A stretch of 64,000 bases of DNA from Vulcanimicrobiota bacterium (GTDB taxonomy: Bacteria; Vulcanimicrobiota; Vulcanimicrobiia; Vulcanimicrobiales; Vulcanimicrobiaceae). The position numbers and the translations under genes were made by a program. The notes under the pieces are model-generated. The model worked only from the letters and a program-made list of their open reading frames with translations. It searched no databases and had not been told where the DNA came from. Below are positions 1-10,897 of this stretch, piece by piece; position 1 is the stretch's first letter, and each line of letters opens with the position of its first letter. The DNA lies in NCBI GenBank assembly GCA_963723515.1, contig CAVRQT010000003.1, positions 288,001-352,000 on the forward strand, given 5' to 3'.

Positions 1-469
1 CATGCATAGCAACACCACGCCGGAAGTTTTAGTCCTTTCATCCGAACTGATGATGGCGGGTGCTGACAAAGAGCAAATCACGGAAGAAGTCTTCGGCAAC
101 AAACGGTATGCGGCCGTTAAATTGCTTGGCCGTGCGCTCAGTGAATCGCGGCTGATTCGCAATGGCCGCTACTGCTGGTCGTTCGTTGACGACGCGATGT
201 TGCGCGAGTGTAAGGCCGACGAAGAAGACACCGAGGAGATTATCGGTCATCTACGATCGATCGACGGCGTTGAAGCGGCGGCTCTCTTCAAAGCGTTCGA
301 TGGAGAAATTCGTGTCAGCTTGCGCAGCAACGGACGCGTCAACGTGCAAGCCGCGGCCGCGCGGCTCGGCGGCGGTGGTCATTTTCGCGCTGCGGGACTG
401 AGCTTTACCGGTTCGCTCGACCAAGCGCGCGACGCCGTCGAGCAGGCACTCGCCGCCGAAGGACTTTGA
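1..469 (+). CDS. nrnA: DHH/DHHA1 phosphoesterase (NrnA-like), 5'-truncated by the window
   Basis: C-terminal DHHA1 motifs RVSLRS and GGGGHFRAAG; position upstream of truB-ribF. Confidence 0.85.
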   Translation, partial: MHSNTTPEVLVLSSELMMAGADKEQITEEVFGNKRYAAVKLLGRALSESRLIRNGRYCWSFVDDAMLRECKADEEDTEEIIGHLRSIDGVEAAALFKAFDGEIRVSLRSNGRVNVQAAAARLGGGGHFRAAGLSFTGSLDQARDAVEQALAAEGL

Positions 470-1341
470 TCGGGTTCGTCAACGTCTTTAAGCCGGCGGG
501 CCCAACGTCGGCCCAAGTCGTTGCACGCATTCGGCGAATTTACGGCGCCCTCGCACCGGACCGCAAACAAACTGCGGGGCATCTCGGCACGCTGGATCCG
601 CAGGTTGCAGGCGTCCTTCCGATCGCGGTCGGCAAAGCGACGCGACTCATTCCGCTGCTCGGACCGCAACGCAAGTCATACGTCTGCGTTTTGAATCTTG
701 GGCGCGCGACAACAACGGGGGACGCGCTCGGCCAAATAACTGCGACCGAGCCTGTCCCGCACGATTGGCAAGAACGATTGCCGGGTGTCGTCGATCGATT
801 CATCGGCCAGATCGAACAGTGTCCGCCGATGTTCAGCGCGTTAAAGCATCGCGGACGACGCCTCTACGATCTAGCGCGTGCCGGTGAAGTCGTTGAGCGC
901 AAGACGCGGCGCGTGACGATTTACGCGCTCAACATTCTTGGCTTTGAGGGCGATCGTGCCGTTCGGTTGCGGGTTGCCTGCAGCGAAGGAACATACATTC
1001 GAACGCTCTGTGAGGACATCGGCGCTGCTCTCGGCGTTCCCGCCCACATGGGCGCCCTGCTGCGCGAAGGATGCGGCCCATTCGTACTCTTCGAGAGCCG
1101 TACCGTTGCCGAAATTGCAGACGATCCCAAAGGCGCCTTGACCGCTCCCGAACACATCATTCCGTTTCCGACGGTGGTGCTTGATTTGCGCGGCTCAGCC
1201 GACTTTCGCGCCGGGCGTGCCGTTGCAATCCCGGCCGGCGCACACGGAAAGCACGTTTTCGTGCGCGATGAAACGCGAGTGCTCGTCGGTGTGGGCGAGA
1301 TGCACGGCGCCCTTTTGGCGCCGCAAAAAGTCTTCGTGTGA
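466..1341 (+). CDS. truB: tRNA pseudouridine(55) synthase
   Basis: Motifs KPAGPTS, GHLGTLDP, PPMFSALK, CSEGTYIRTL. Confidence 0.95.
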   Translation: MIGFVNVFKPAGPTSAQVVARIRRIYGALAPDRKQTAGHLGTLDPQVAGVLPIAVGKATRLIPLLGPQRKSYVCVLNLGRATTTGDALGQITATEPVPHDWQERLPGVVDRFIGQIEQCPPMFSALKHRGRRLYDLARAGEVVERKTRRVTIYALNILGFEGDRAVRLRVACSEGTYIRTLCEDIGAALGVPAHMGALLREGCGPFVLFESRTVAEIADDPKGALTAPEHIIPFPTVVLDLRGSADFRAGRAVAIPAGAHGKHVFVRDETRVLVGVGEMHGALLAPQKVFV

Positions 1342-2252
1342 ACATCCACTACCGCTTGGAGTGGCGTGACGAACATCCACTCGTCTTAGCGATTGGATTC
1401 TTTGACGGCCTGCATCGTGGACACGCTGCGATTCTCAACGAACTCCGCCGGCTCCGAAAACCAGGGTATCGAACCGGCATCTTAACGTTTTCAAATCATC
1501 CGGCGACGCATTTGCGAACGGCGCCTCCGCCGTTGATTAACACCGTCGAGGAACGGCTCGGTCTGCTTGCCGATGCGGGCATCGAAGAATGTTTCTTCGT
1601 GCCCTTTGACGAGCGTATCGCGGCGCTCTCGCCAAACGATTTTGTCGATGGGGTGCTGATCGCTGCGCTTTCCGTCAGCGCTGTTGTCGTGGGGGAGAAC
1701 TTTCGCTTCGGCAAAGGCCGTAGCGGCGACGTCGCGTTTGCGCGAAGTGCGTTGGAGCGATGCAACGTCCGCTTTACCGCCGTCGCCAACCAGATCGACG
1801 GCGGCCAGAGAATTTCGAGCACGCGAATTCGTGAACTGATTGCAGAAGGGGAGATTGGGAAGGCGGATGCGTTGCTCGGACACCCATTTACGTTGCGAGG
1901 CCGCGTGATGTTAGGGGCGGGTCGCGGACGATCGTTGGGGTTTCCAACCGCAAATCTGAGCGTCAGACCGGGAAAGATTTTGCCGGTTGACGGCGTCTAT
2001 TCAGCCGTCGCTCGCCACGACGGGCGCGATTTCGCGGCGCTCGTATCGATCGGGACGAATCCGACGTTCGATGGAACGACGCGGAGCGTCGAAGCATGGC
2101 TGCGTGATTTTCGCCGTTCGATCTACGGAGAGGAGCTAGCGGTGCGAGACTTGCGCTTCGTGCGGGCTCAGCAGCGGTTTGCGAGCCCTGAGGAATTGCG
2201 CGAACAGATGGAGCAGGATGTCGTGGCTGTCGCCTACCCATCGTATGGGTAG
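1338..2252 (+). CDS. ribF: Bifunctional riboflavin kinase/FAD synthetase
   Basis: Motifs GFFDGLHRGH, GENFRFG, ISSTRIR, GRSLGFPTAN. Confidence 0.95.
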   Translation: MNIHYRLEWRDEHPLVLAIGFFDGLHRGHAAILNELRRLRKPGYRTGILTFSNHPATHLRTAPPPLINTVEERLGLLADAGIEECFFVPFDERIAALSPNDFVDGVLIAALSVSAVVVGENFRFGKGRSGDVAFARSALERCNVRFTAVANQIDGGQRISSTRIRELIAEGEIGKADALLGHPFTLRGRVMLGAGRGRSLGFPTANLSVRPGKILPVDGVYSAVARHDGRDFAALVSIGTNPTFDGTTRSVEAWLRDFRRSIYGEELAVRDLRFVRAQQRFASPEELREQMEQDVVAVAYPSYG

Positions 2253-2289
2253 AAACTTCGTGCCGTTCTCGCGCGTTGTAAGGAAGCAT

Positions 2290-2769
2290 ATGAAACGTCT
2301 CCTCCCGATCGTTGCGCTCTTGGCTGCGCTACCCAGCGCGGCGTTTGCCGGCGCTTCGGTCGGCAAGCCGGCTCCCAACTTTTCCGCTCCGCTTGCCTCA
2401 GGGGGCAAATTGACGCTATCGAGCTTGCATGGGAAACCGGTCTATTTGAACTTCTTTGCGACCTGGTGCGCACCGTGCAATGCGGAAGCGCCCGACATCA
2501 ATGCGCTGCAAAAACAGTATGCGCGCCGCGGTTTCGTCACGATCGGCGTGGATGAGCGCGAGGATGCCGACAAGGCAAAGAGCTTCGTGCACAAATTTGC
2601 GCTGGTCTATAAGGCGATCGTTGATGAGAACGGCGACGTGTTAAATCCGTACGGCGCGATCGGCCTGCCGGTGCACGTGTTCATCGACCGCCGCGGCAAT
2701 GTCAAACTGATCCGCAACGGCGAGATGTCCAAAGCGGAGATGGACTCGGCAATCAAGTCCATTTTGTAG
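2290..2769 (+). CDS. Exported TlpA/ResA-like thiol-disulfide oxidoreductase
   Basis: Signal peptide MKRLLPIV..AFA; NFFATWCAPC motif; AGGA upstream of ATG 2290. Confidence 0.9.
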   Translation: MKRLLPIVALLAALPSAAFAGASVGKPAPNFSAPLASGGKLTLSSLHGKPVYLNFFATWCAPCNAEAPDINALQKQYARRGFVTIGVDEREDADKAKSFVHKFALVYKAIVDENGDVLNPYGAIGLPVHVFIDRRGNVKLIRNGEMSKAEMDSAIKSIL

Positions 2770-2776
2770 TTTCTAG

Positions 2777-3007
2777 TGTCACACTGAGCTTGTCGAAGTG
2801 TGACTTGGAGTAAAACGTGCGTGGACACAGCCCCTTTGTCACACTGCGCTTGTCGAAGTCCCTGTGTCACACTGAGCTTACCGAAGGTCGCGGTGTCACA
2901 CTGAGCTTGTCGAAGTGTGACTTAGAGAAAATCGGGCGAAGAGAAGGTCCCGATGTCACTGCGCTTGTCGAAGTCCCTGTGTCACACTGAGCTTGTCGAA
3001 GTGTGAC
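2777..3007 (+). repeat. Left array: six forward copies of REP-like unit TGTCACACTGAGCTTGTCGAAGTGTGAC
   Basis: Copies start at 2777, 2837, 2865, 2894, 2954, 2980. Full copies (2777, 2894, 2980) have an 8-bp stem GTCACACT/AGTGTGAC around an 11-nt loop. Confidence 0.95.
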
Positions 3008-3284
3008 TTCGGCACAATTCGCGAATCGTCGCGAAGTCGCCGTTGATCAGCGCCGTCTTCTTATCGTGGCTCCAACCTTTGAGCTTCTTTTCGCATTGGA
3101 TGGCGTCCAGCACTTCGTGAAAATCTTGCGACCATACCAGCCGCACGGGCCTGCGGCCAAAAGTGTAACAGGTTGTGAAGGTGCCGTATTCGTGCTCGCC
3201 TACGCGTTTCTCAAGCTCGCTCGTGATCCCGATGTAGTATGTGCCATCCGAGCACAGCAACATGTAGACGTAATAGATTTTCAC
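2982..3284 (-). CDS. Stand-alone GIY-YIG nuclease (YhbQ/UPF0213-like), 100 aa
   Basis: YYVYML..DGTYYIGIT..LEKRVGEH..AIQCEKKLKGWS; the Tyr, Arg, His and Glu catalytic positions appear present. Confidence 0.9.
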   Translation of the reverse strand: MKIYYVYMLLCSDGTYYIGITSELEKRVGEHEYGTFTTCYTFGRRPVRLVWSQDFHEVLDAIQCEKKLKGWSHDKKTALINGDFATIRELCRSHTSTSSV

Positions 3285-3291
3285 ATGGCGA

Positions 3292-3582
3292 CATTACCGC
3301 TCGGTCACACTTCGACAAGCTCAGTGTGACACTGGGACCCTGCTCCGATGCCCCATTACCGCTCGGTCACACTTCGACAAGCTCAGTGTGACACTGGGAC
3401 CCTCCTCCGATGCCCCATTACCGCTCGGTCACACTTCGATGCTTCGACACTTCGGCATCGCTCAGTGCAGGCTATGCTCAGCACAGGCTCGCTCAGTGTG
3501 ACACAGGGACTTCCTGTAAGGCTCGATTACCGCTCGGCCACACTTCGACAAGCTCAGCGTGACACAATAGCTCAGTGTGACA
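3292..3582 (-). repeat. Right array: reverse-orientation copies of the same unit within 62-bp tandem repeats
   Basis: GTCACACTTCGACAAGCTCAGTGTGACA at 3304 and 3366, interrupted copy 3428-3503, variant at 3537, partial at 3569; tandem units start 3292, 3354, 3416. Confidence 0.95.
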
Positions 3583-3622
3583 CGGGGCCCTTCGGTGGCG
3601 GGATTTCGAAAAAGCGGCCACC

Positions 3623-5587
<1,965 letters not shown>

Positions 5588-5630
5588 CTGCCGTTGCTAC
5601 TCATGAGCGCGAGGCGGAGTTTCAGCGCTC

Positions 5631-6326
5631 TCAGGGTCCAATGATGTACCAAACGGTCACGTTCGCATGCACGTCAACATTTGAAGGCTGGATCTGAGTC
5701 GGTGTTGCGCGGTACACATCAGCCGCTACGCCCGGTCTGACGACACCAATCAGCGGCATGGCGCCTGTCTGCATCCCTGCGATGCGAACGATGCGCATAT
5801 TTGCGGCCGATGCCATGGCTTTCGCTTGGCGTTGCGCGTCCGCAACCGCCGACCCAAGCGCTTCAGCATAGACGGCGCGCTCGTTTGACAGCGTGAACGT
5901 CACGTTGTTGATGTCGGTTACGCCCGCGGAAACGGCTTGATCGATGATGTTTCCCACCATGTCGAGGTTCGTCAGTTTCACGTCGACTTGCCGCGAAACG
6001 GTGTATCCGCTGCGGGGTCTCTCTCTGACCGGCACCGAGGGATCGGGCGCCACGTAGTTGACGTTGAAACCCGTCGTCCGAATCGAAGGATCCGCAATTC
6101 CCAGCGCATGCAGTCGCGTGCGCAGGTCCTCGTAGCGACGGTTATTGTCGCTCGTTGCATTCTGCTCTGCGTCGTTGATCGTGACGATGCCGAGCGAAAC
6201 CGTGGCAACGTCCGGCGTGCGGGTGACGACGGACTCACCGTTGACGATGATCCGTATGTCCTTTGAAGGCGGTGCCGCTGCGCCGAGAAGCGCAATCGCG
6301 ATGAGGGATAATACGAAAGCTCTCAT
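5631..6326 (-). CDS. SIMPL-domain (YggE/BP26-like) periplasmic protein
   Basis: Signal peptide; V.G......PD.A.V.LG, AV.DA...A..MA pattern, terminal V.V.Y. Confidence 0.85.
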   Translation of the reverse strand: MRAFVLSLIAIALLGAAAPPSKDIRIIVNGESVVTRTPDVATVSLGIVTINDAEQNATSDNNRRYEDLRTRLHALGIADPSIRTTGFNVNYVAPDPSVPVRERPRSGYTVSRQVDVKLTNLDMVGNIIDQAVSAGVTDINNVTFTLSNERAVYAEALGSAVADAQRQAKAMASAANMRIVRIAGMQTGAMPLIGVVRPGVAADVYRATPTQIQPSNVDVHANVTVWYIIGP

Positions 6327-6410
6327 GCCTTAGCAACGCACGGCTTGGCTCCGAAGTGCCGCTTGCCTTCTTGGGCAGGAGAAGTGCCCCTCGCCAGCAA
6401 TCGTCCCGCC

Positions 6411-6680
6411 ATGAGTGTAACGACCTTTCTCGTTTGGATAATCGTGGGATTGATTGCCGGAGCGCTTGCTAAAAGCGTCGTTCCAGGCGAGGGTCCGGGT
6501 GGAGTTCTCGGCGATATAATCGTCGGTATCATCGGGGCCTTCATAGGCGGCTGGCTCTTTACCAGCGTCTTTCACGTCCATTTCGGAGGCTTCATCGGTT
6601 GGATAATCGAGGCATTGATCGGGGCAATCGTGTTGCTGCTGATCATTCGTCTCGTTAGCGGACGGCGCACCGCGGTCTAG
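6411..6680 (+). CDS. GlsB/YeaQ/YmgE stress-response membrane protein
   Basis: WIIVGLIAGALAK..PG, IIVGIIGAFIGG. Confidence 0.9.
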   Translation: MSVTTFLVWIIVGLIAGALAKSVVPGEGPGGVLGDIIVGIIGAFIGGWLFTSVFHVHFGGFIGWIIEALIGAIVLLLIIRLVSGRRTAV

Positions 6681-6716
6681 TAGGAGGCGCTCGAAAGGCG
6701 CCGCAATTAGCCTCGT

Positions 6717-6965
6717 ATGGCCTATATCATCACCGAACCGTGCATCGGTACGAAGGACAAGTCGTGCATTGACGTCTGCCCCGTCGACTGTATTCACGGT
6801 ACCGATAGTGATGAGATGCTGTACATCGATCCCGAGGTTTGCATCGACTGCGGCGCGTGCGTTTCGGCATGTCCCGTCGAAGCGATCTTCGCGGATTCCG
6901 ATGTGCCTGAAAAGTGGCAGAACTATACCGAAATAAACGCGGAGTACTTCAAAAAAGAGTCATGA
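6717..6965 (+). CDS. Ferredoxin (FdxA-like dicluster type)
   Basis: CIGTKDKSCIDVCPVDCIH and CIDCGACVSACP. Confidence 0.92.
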   Translation: MAYIITEPCIGTKDKSCIDVCPVDCIHGTDSDEMLYIDPEVCIDCGACVSACPVEAIFADSDVPEKWQNYTEINAEYFKKES

Positions 6966-6981
6966 GGTTCGGGCTAAAGCG

Positions 6982-7653
6982 GTGAAACGTGCGACCGGCC
7001 GGGAGTTGATGGACGATCCCGCCGAGTCGATTGCTGAACTCGAAGAGAACCTCCGCGACATCGAACGCGCAAATCGCTGGCTGGGAGGCATCGCTCCGGT
7101 ACGGTCGGCGGTTTTTTCTTTGGGCGCAGGCAGCGTGCTTGATGTAGGATGCGGAAGCGCCGATATTCCGCGCGCGCTCGTTGCTGCGGCGAGAAAGAAT
7201 GGCGGCGATCTTCACGTCACCTGTCTCGATTCCAGTTCGCAAATGCTTTCGATCGCAGAGGATCGTGCCAACGGCGAAACGGGCATACGGTTCTTGCAAG
7301 GTAACGGGATGGCGTTGCCGTTTCCCGACCGATCGTTCGATGTCGTCAGCTGCAATCTCGCGCTGCACCATTTTGAACCGGCGGCGGCGGTGAAACTGCT
7401 CGGTGAAATGCGTCGGGTTGCGCTGATCACGCCGATCGTTTGCGATCTCCGTCGCGCGCGGCTCGCGTACGCCGGCGCGGTGGTGCTCAGCCGGTTGTTT
7501 ACTCGCAATCGCTTTACGCGCCATGACGCGCCGCTCTCAGCGCGTCGCGCCTACACGCCGGCCGAAGCGTGTGAGCTTGCCCTTAAAGCCGGCTGGCGCA
7601 ATCCAACGGTGCATAAAAAAGCGTTCTATCGAATGCTGATGCTGGATGCCTAA
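6982..7653 (+). CDS. Class I SAM-dependent methyltransferase
   Basis: E.MDD N-terminus, VLDVGCGSAD, LALHHF, HDAPLSARRAYT. Confidence 0.88.
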   Translation: MKRATGRELMDDPAESIAELEENLRDIERANRWLGGIAPVRSAVFSLGAGSVLDVGCGSADIPRALVAAARKNGGDLHVTCLDSSSQMLSIAEDRANGETGIRFLQGNGMALPFPDRSFDVVSCNLALHHFEPAAAVKLLGEMRRVALITPIVCDLRRARLAYAGAVVLSRLFTRNRFTRHDAPLSARRAYTPAEACELALKAGWRNPTVHKKAFYRMLMLDA

Positions 7654-8814
7654 GGTTGCCGTCGTCGGCGGCGGCCCGGCGGGATCGATGTGTGCGACGC
7701 GATTGGCGGCTCGCGGCATTGACGTCACGCTGCTCGAACGAACCGCATTTCCGCGCACGAAAGTTTGCGGCGAGTATATCAATGCCGGTGCGCAAGAAGA
7801 GCTGATAGACACCGCAGTCGCAGACGAAATCCGCGCTGAGTGCAATCGAATTGCCGGCATTCGACTCCACGTCGATGGACTCGAACTTGAGCTGCCGTTT
7901 GGAGGCGAAGCGTGGGCAATCGCGCGCAGCCGCCTCGACGACATTTTGCTCGCAAACGCTCGGCGCGCAGGGGCGCAAACGATTACCGGGCGCGTTGAGG
8001 ATCTTGAACGAAACGGCGATCGAATCGGGGTCCGCTTCAGAGACGCTTCAGGATTAGAACATATGATTGACGCCGATGTTGTTGTCGGTGCAGACGGCCT
8101 TGGATCGCTCGTCGCGCGCAAATGCGGTCTCGCGTCGCCATCGAGCGGCGGCCGGTTTGCGATCGGCGGTCACTACAGCGGCTTCGGCGGCGCTCAACGG
8201 CTTTATTGAGATGTATGTAACGAAAGAGGCCTATTTCGCGATCAATCCGTTGAGCGATGAACTCGCAAACGTCATGATTGTCGTGGAACAGTCGTCGTTA
8301 CACGAATGGACCGGCGCTATCGATGCGAACATGGAGCATGTCTCGTTGCAACTGGCGGCCGGAAAACGAGCGATTGGCACGGTGCAACGCGTCGGCAAGC
8401 GCGTCGCGATCGGACCGCTCGCGCATAAGGTTCGCAGCGTCGCCCGGGAAAATGTATTTCTCGTCGGTGATGCCGCAGGGTTCATCGACCCATTCACCGG
8501 CCAAGGCGTTTTCCTCGCGTTACACACGCGCGAAGCTTGCCGCCGCAGCGATTGAAGCGCGCCTATCGGGAAAGGCGACCGCCGAGCAGTCGGCAGCGCA
8601 GTATCGTTCGCAACATCATCAGATCTTCGGCGCACGCGCTAGCTTAGCAACTCTCGTTTCCAAACTGGTCCGCACGCCGTGGCTGGCAAAGCGTGCGGCG
8701 CGCAACCTGCTGCGAAGCGCTGAATTACGTCGCTCTGTCATGGCCGCAATTGCCGGGCACGAGCGCGCGCCGGCAGGGCTCAATTCAACGATGCTTCTGA
8801 GACTCGTGGCCTGA
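7646..8814 (+). CDS. FAD-dependent oxidoreductase (geranylgeranyl reductase/halogenase-like); two apparent frameshifts
   Basis: VVGGGPAGS, FPRTKVCGE, GADG in one frame; LVGDAAGFIDPFTGQG in a second; C-terminus in a third. Confidence 0.8.
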
Positions 8815-9254
8815 TGCAGACGAGCAACGAAATCTTCATTGTGGCTCCCGCGGAACGCATTTTCGAAATTGCCGCTTGCACCGAGCGCTGGCCCGCCATT
8901 CTTCCGCATTACCGCAGCGTCCGAATCCTCGATCAGAACGGCATGCAACGGGTCGTTGAGATGGCGGCGTGGCGCGATTTTATTCCGGTTCGCTGGGTCG
9001 CGCAGCAGTGGAACGATTCATCGGTTCCTCGCATTCGTTTTCATCACGTTCGCGGTTGGACGAAGGGCATGGATGTTGAGTGGCGCTTCGAGTCTGAAGC
9101 GGGCGGAACGCGAGTTAAGATATTGCACGACCTCGATTTTCAGTTTCCGTTTGCGCGAAGATTTCTCGGTCAACATGTCGTCGGAGATTTCTTCGTCCAT
9201 GACATCGCCGGCAAGACCCTCAAGCGCATGAAGCAACTGGCGGAAGATCGCTAG
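8814..9254 (+). CDS. SRPBCC/polyketide cyclase-dehydrase family protein
   Basis: I.AP.ERIF......ERWP.ILPHY, GMDVEWRF. Confidence 0.8.
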   Translation: MQTSNEIFIVAPAERIFEIAACTERWPAILPHYRSVRILDQNGMQRVVEMAAWRDFIPVRWVAQQWNDSSVPRIRFHHVRGWTKGMDVEWRFESEAGGTRVKILHDLDFQFPFARRFLGQHVVGDFFVHDIAGKTLKRMKQLAEDR

Positions 9255-9255
9255 C

Positions 9256-10512
9256 GTGATTGAGCATAGCCGAAATGGACTCGCGCATCGGGTCGTGGTC
9301 ACCGGCATGGGGCTGATTACGCCGATCGGCACTGGACACGAGCGATTTTGGGATAATTTACGCGCCGGCAAGAGCGGCGTGCGCCGTATCACGCGCTTCG
9401 ATCCTGGAGAATTCTCATCGCAAATCGCCGCGGAGATCGACGACTTTGATCCCGCGGATTACCTTTCGGTGAAGCGACGGAAGTGGACCGACCGATTTGC
9501 GCAGCTTGCAGTCGGCGCCGGGCGGCTTGCGCTCGACGATGCTGCTTTCTCGGTGAACGGAAACGGCAATGACGTCAGCGTCTTCGTCGGCTCCGCACTC
9601 GGCGGCTTAGCATACGCAGACGAGCAGTACCAAGTGTATCAAAGTCGGGGCATCGGCGCGGTGCACCCTTTGCTCGCGATCTCGGTGTTCGGCGGTGCCT
9701 CGACGAGCAACATGTCGCTCGAATTTGGTTTAAGCGGACACAATGTCGCGAACGCAAATTCGTGCGCTTCCGGAGCGGTTGCCATCGGGCAAGCCTTCCA
9801 AGCGATTGCGCGCGGTGATGCACGTGCGGCGTTAGCCGGGGGCGTCGAAGCGCCGCTCTCTCCACTGATTTTCGGCGCGTTCACCGTCATCAACGCGATG
9901 TCGCGGCGCAATTCGGATCCCGTGGCGGCGAGCCGGCCTTTCGATCGTGAGCGCGATGGCTTTGTGATGGCAGAAGGCGCCGGCATCTTTGTCCTCGAGC
10001 GGCTCGACGACGCGATCCGCCGGAACGCGCGCATCTACGGCGAGCTTGCCGGCTTCGGCCTTTCGAACGACGCCTATCATATGTCGGCGCCAAGGCCAGA
10101 CGGCGCGCAAGTCGCACGCGCACTGCGTGAAGCGCTCGATCAAGCCGCGCTCTCGCCCGGCGAGGTTGAAGCCATCAACGCACACGGTTCATCGACGCCG
10201 CTCGGCGATCGGACTGAATCGCTCGCATACCGTCTGGCCTTCGGTGAATCGGCGGCGCGAATCCCAATTAGCGCCACGAAGGGGCAACACGGCCATGCGT
10301 TGGGCGCGACAGGAGCCTGGGAAGTCGGTATTGCGCTGCTGAGCATGCAGCATGGCGTCATTCCCGCGACTGCGAACTTGATCGAAACCGAAGAAGATTG
10401 TGCGATCCGGCCAAGCGCGCAAGAAATCGAATGCCGCCCCCAAGTCGTGCTTTCCAACTCCTCCGGTTTTGGCGGAATAAACGCCGCCCTCGCGATCAAA
10501 GCCTACCGGTAG
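9256..10512 (+). CDS. Beta-ketoacyl-ACP synthase (FabF/type II PKS KS-like)
   Basis: RVVVTGMG, catalytic ANSCASG, NAHGSST, TKGQHGH, NSSGFGG. Confidence 0.92.
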   Translation: MIEHSRNGLAHRVVVTGMGLITPIGTGHERFWDNLRAGKSGVRRITRFDPGEFSSQIAAEIDDFDPADYLSVKRRKWTDRFAQLAVGAGRLALDDAAFSVNGNGNDVSVFVGSALGGLAYADEQYQVYQSRGIGAVHPLLAISVFGGASTSNMSLEFGLSGHNVANANSCASGAVAIGQAFQAIARGDARAALAGGVEAPLSPLIFGAFTVINAMSRRNSDPVAASRPFDRERDGFVMAEGAGIFVLERLDDAIRRNARIYGELAGFGLSNDAYHMSAPRPDGAQVARALREALDQAALSPGEVEAINAHGSSTPLGDRTESLAYRLAFGESAARIPISATKGQHGHALGATGAWEVGIALLSMQHGVIPATANLIETEEDCAIRPSAQEIECRPQVVLSNSSGFGGINAALAIKAYR

Positions 10513-10653
10513 AACTGCAGCCAAAACGTCGTCGCGGGGCGACGGGTACTGGTCCGGTGACGTGGCTGCGCACAGCAATGCGCTCGATTTGGCGCGGCCG
10601 GCGAAGCGCCATGATAGAGGTTCGGCGCGTTCGAAGAAGCGAACGAAATAACG

Positions 10654-10893
10654 ATGGACACCGCTGCGGTCCTGGATCGATTCTTTGCAATTGCGCCGTG
10701 GGTACTCTTTGCGGCGATCGTGCTCTTCGTTTACATACTATCGCGCGGCGGAAGCCGAAGCGCGAGCGTTCCGATTACCCAAACATTCTCGTGCAGCCGG
10801 TGTGGACATCGGGGAAAGCGCGAACACATGGTGCCGATCTCGCGGGAGGGATCGATCGTTTGGTATTGCCCGCGCTGCGCCGCGCAGCTTTAG
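10654..10893 (+). CDS. Small membrane-anchored zinc-ribbon-like protein
   Basis: One hydrophobic helix followed by CSRC and CPRC. Confidence 0.65.
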   Translation: MDTAAVLDRFFAIAPWVLFAAIVLFVYILSRGGSRSASVPITQTFSCSRCGHRGKREHMVPISREGSIVWYCPRCAAQL

Positions 10894-10897
10894 CGCA

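Noticed and set aside
2777..3582. CRISPR array (28-bp palindromic repeat with 32-34-nt spacers)
   Set aside because: Orientation flips across the gene, several spacers are only 5-6 nt or are near-identical to each other, and no cas genes or leader are present.
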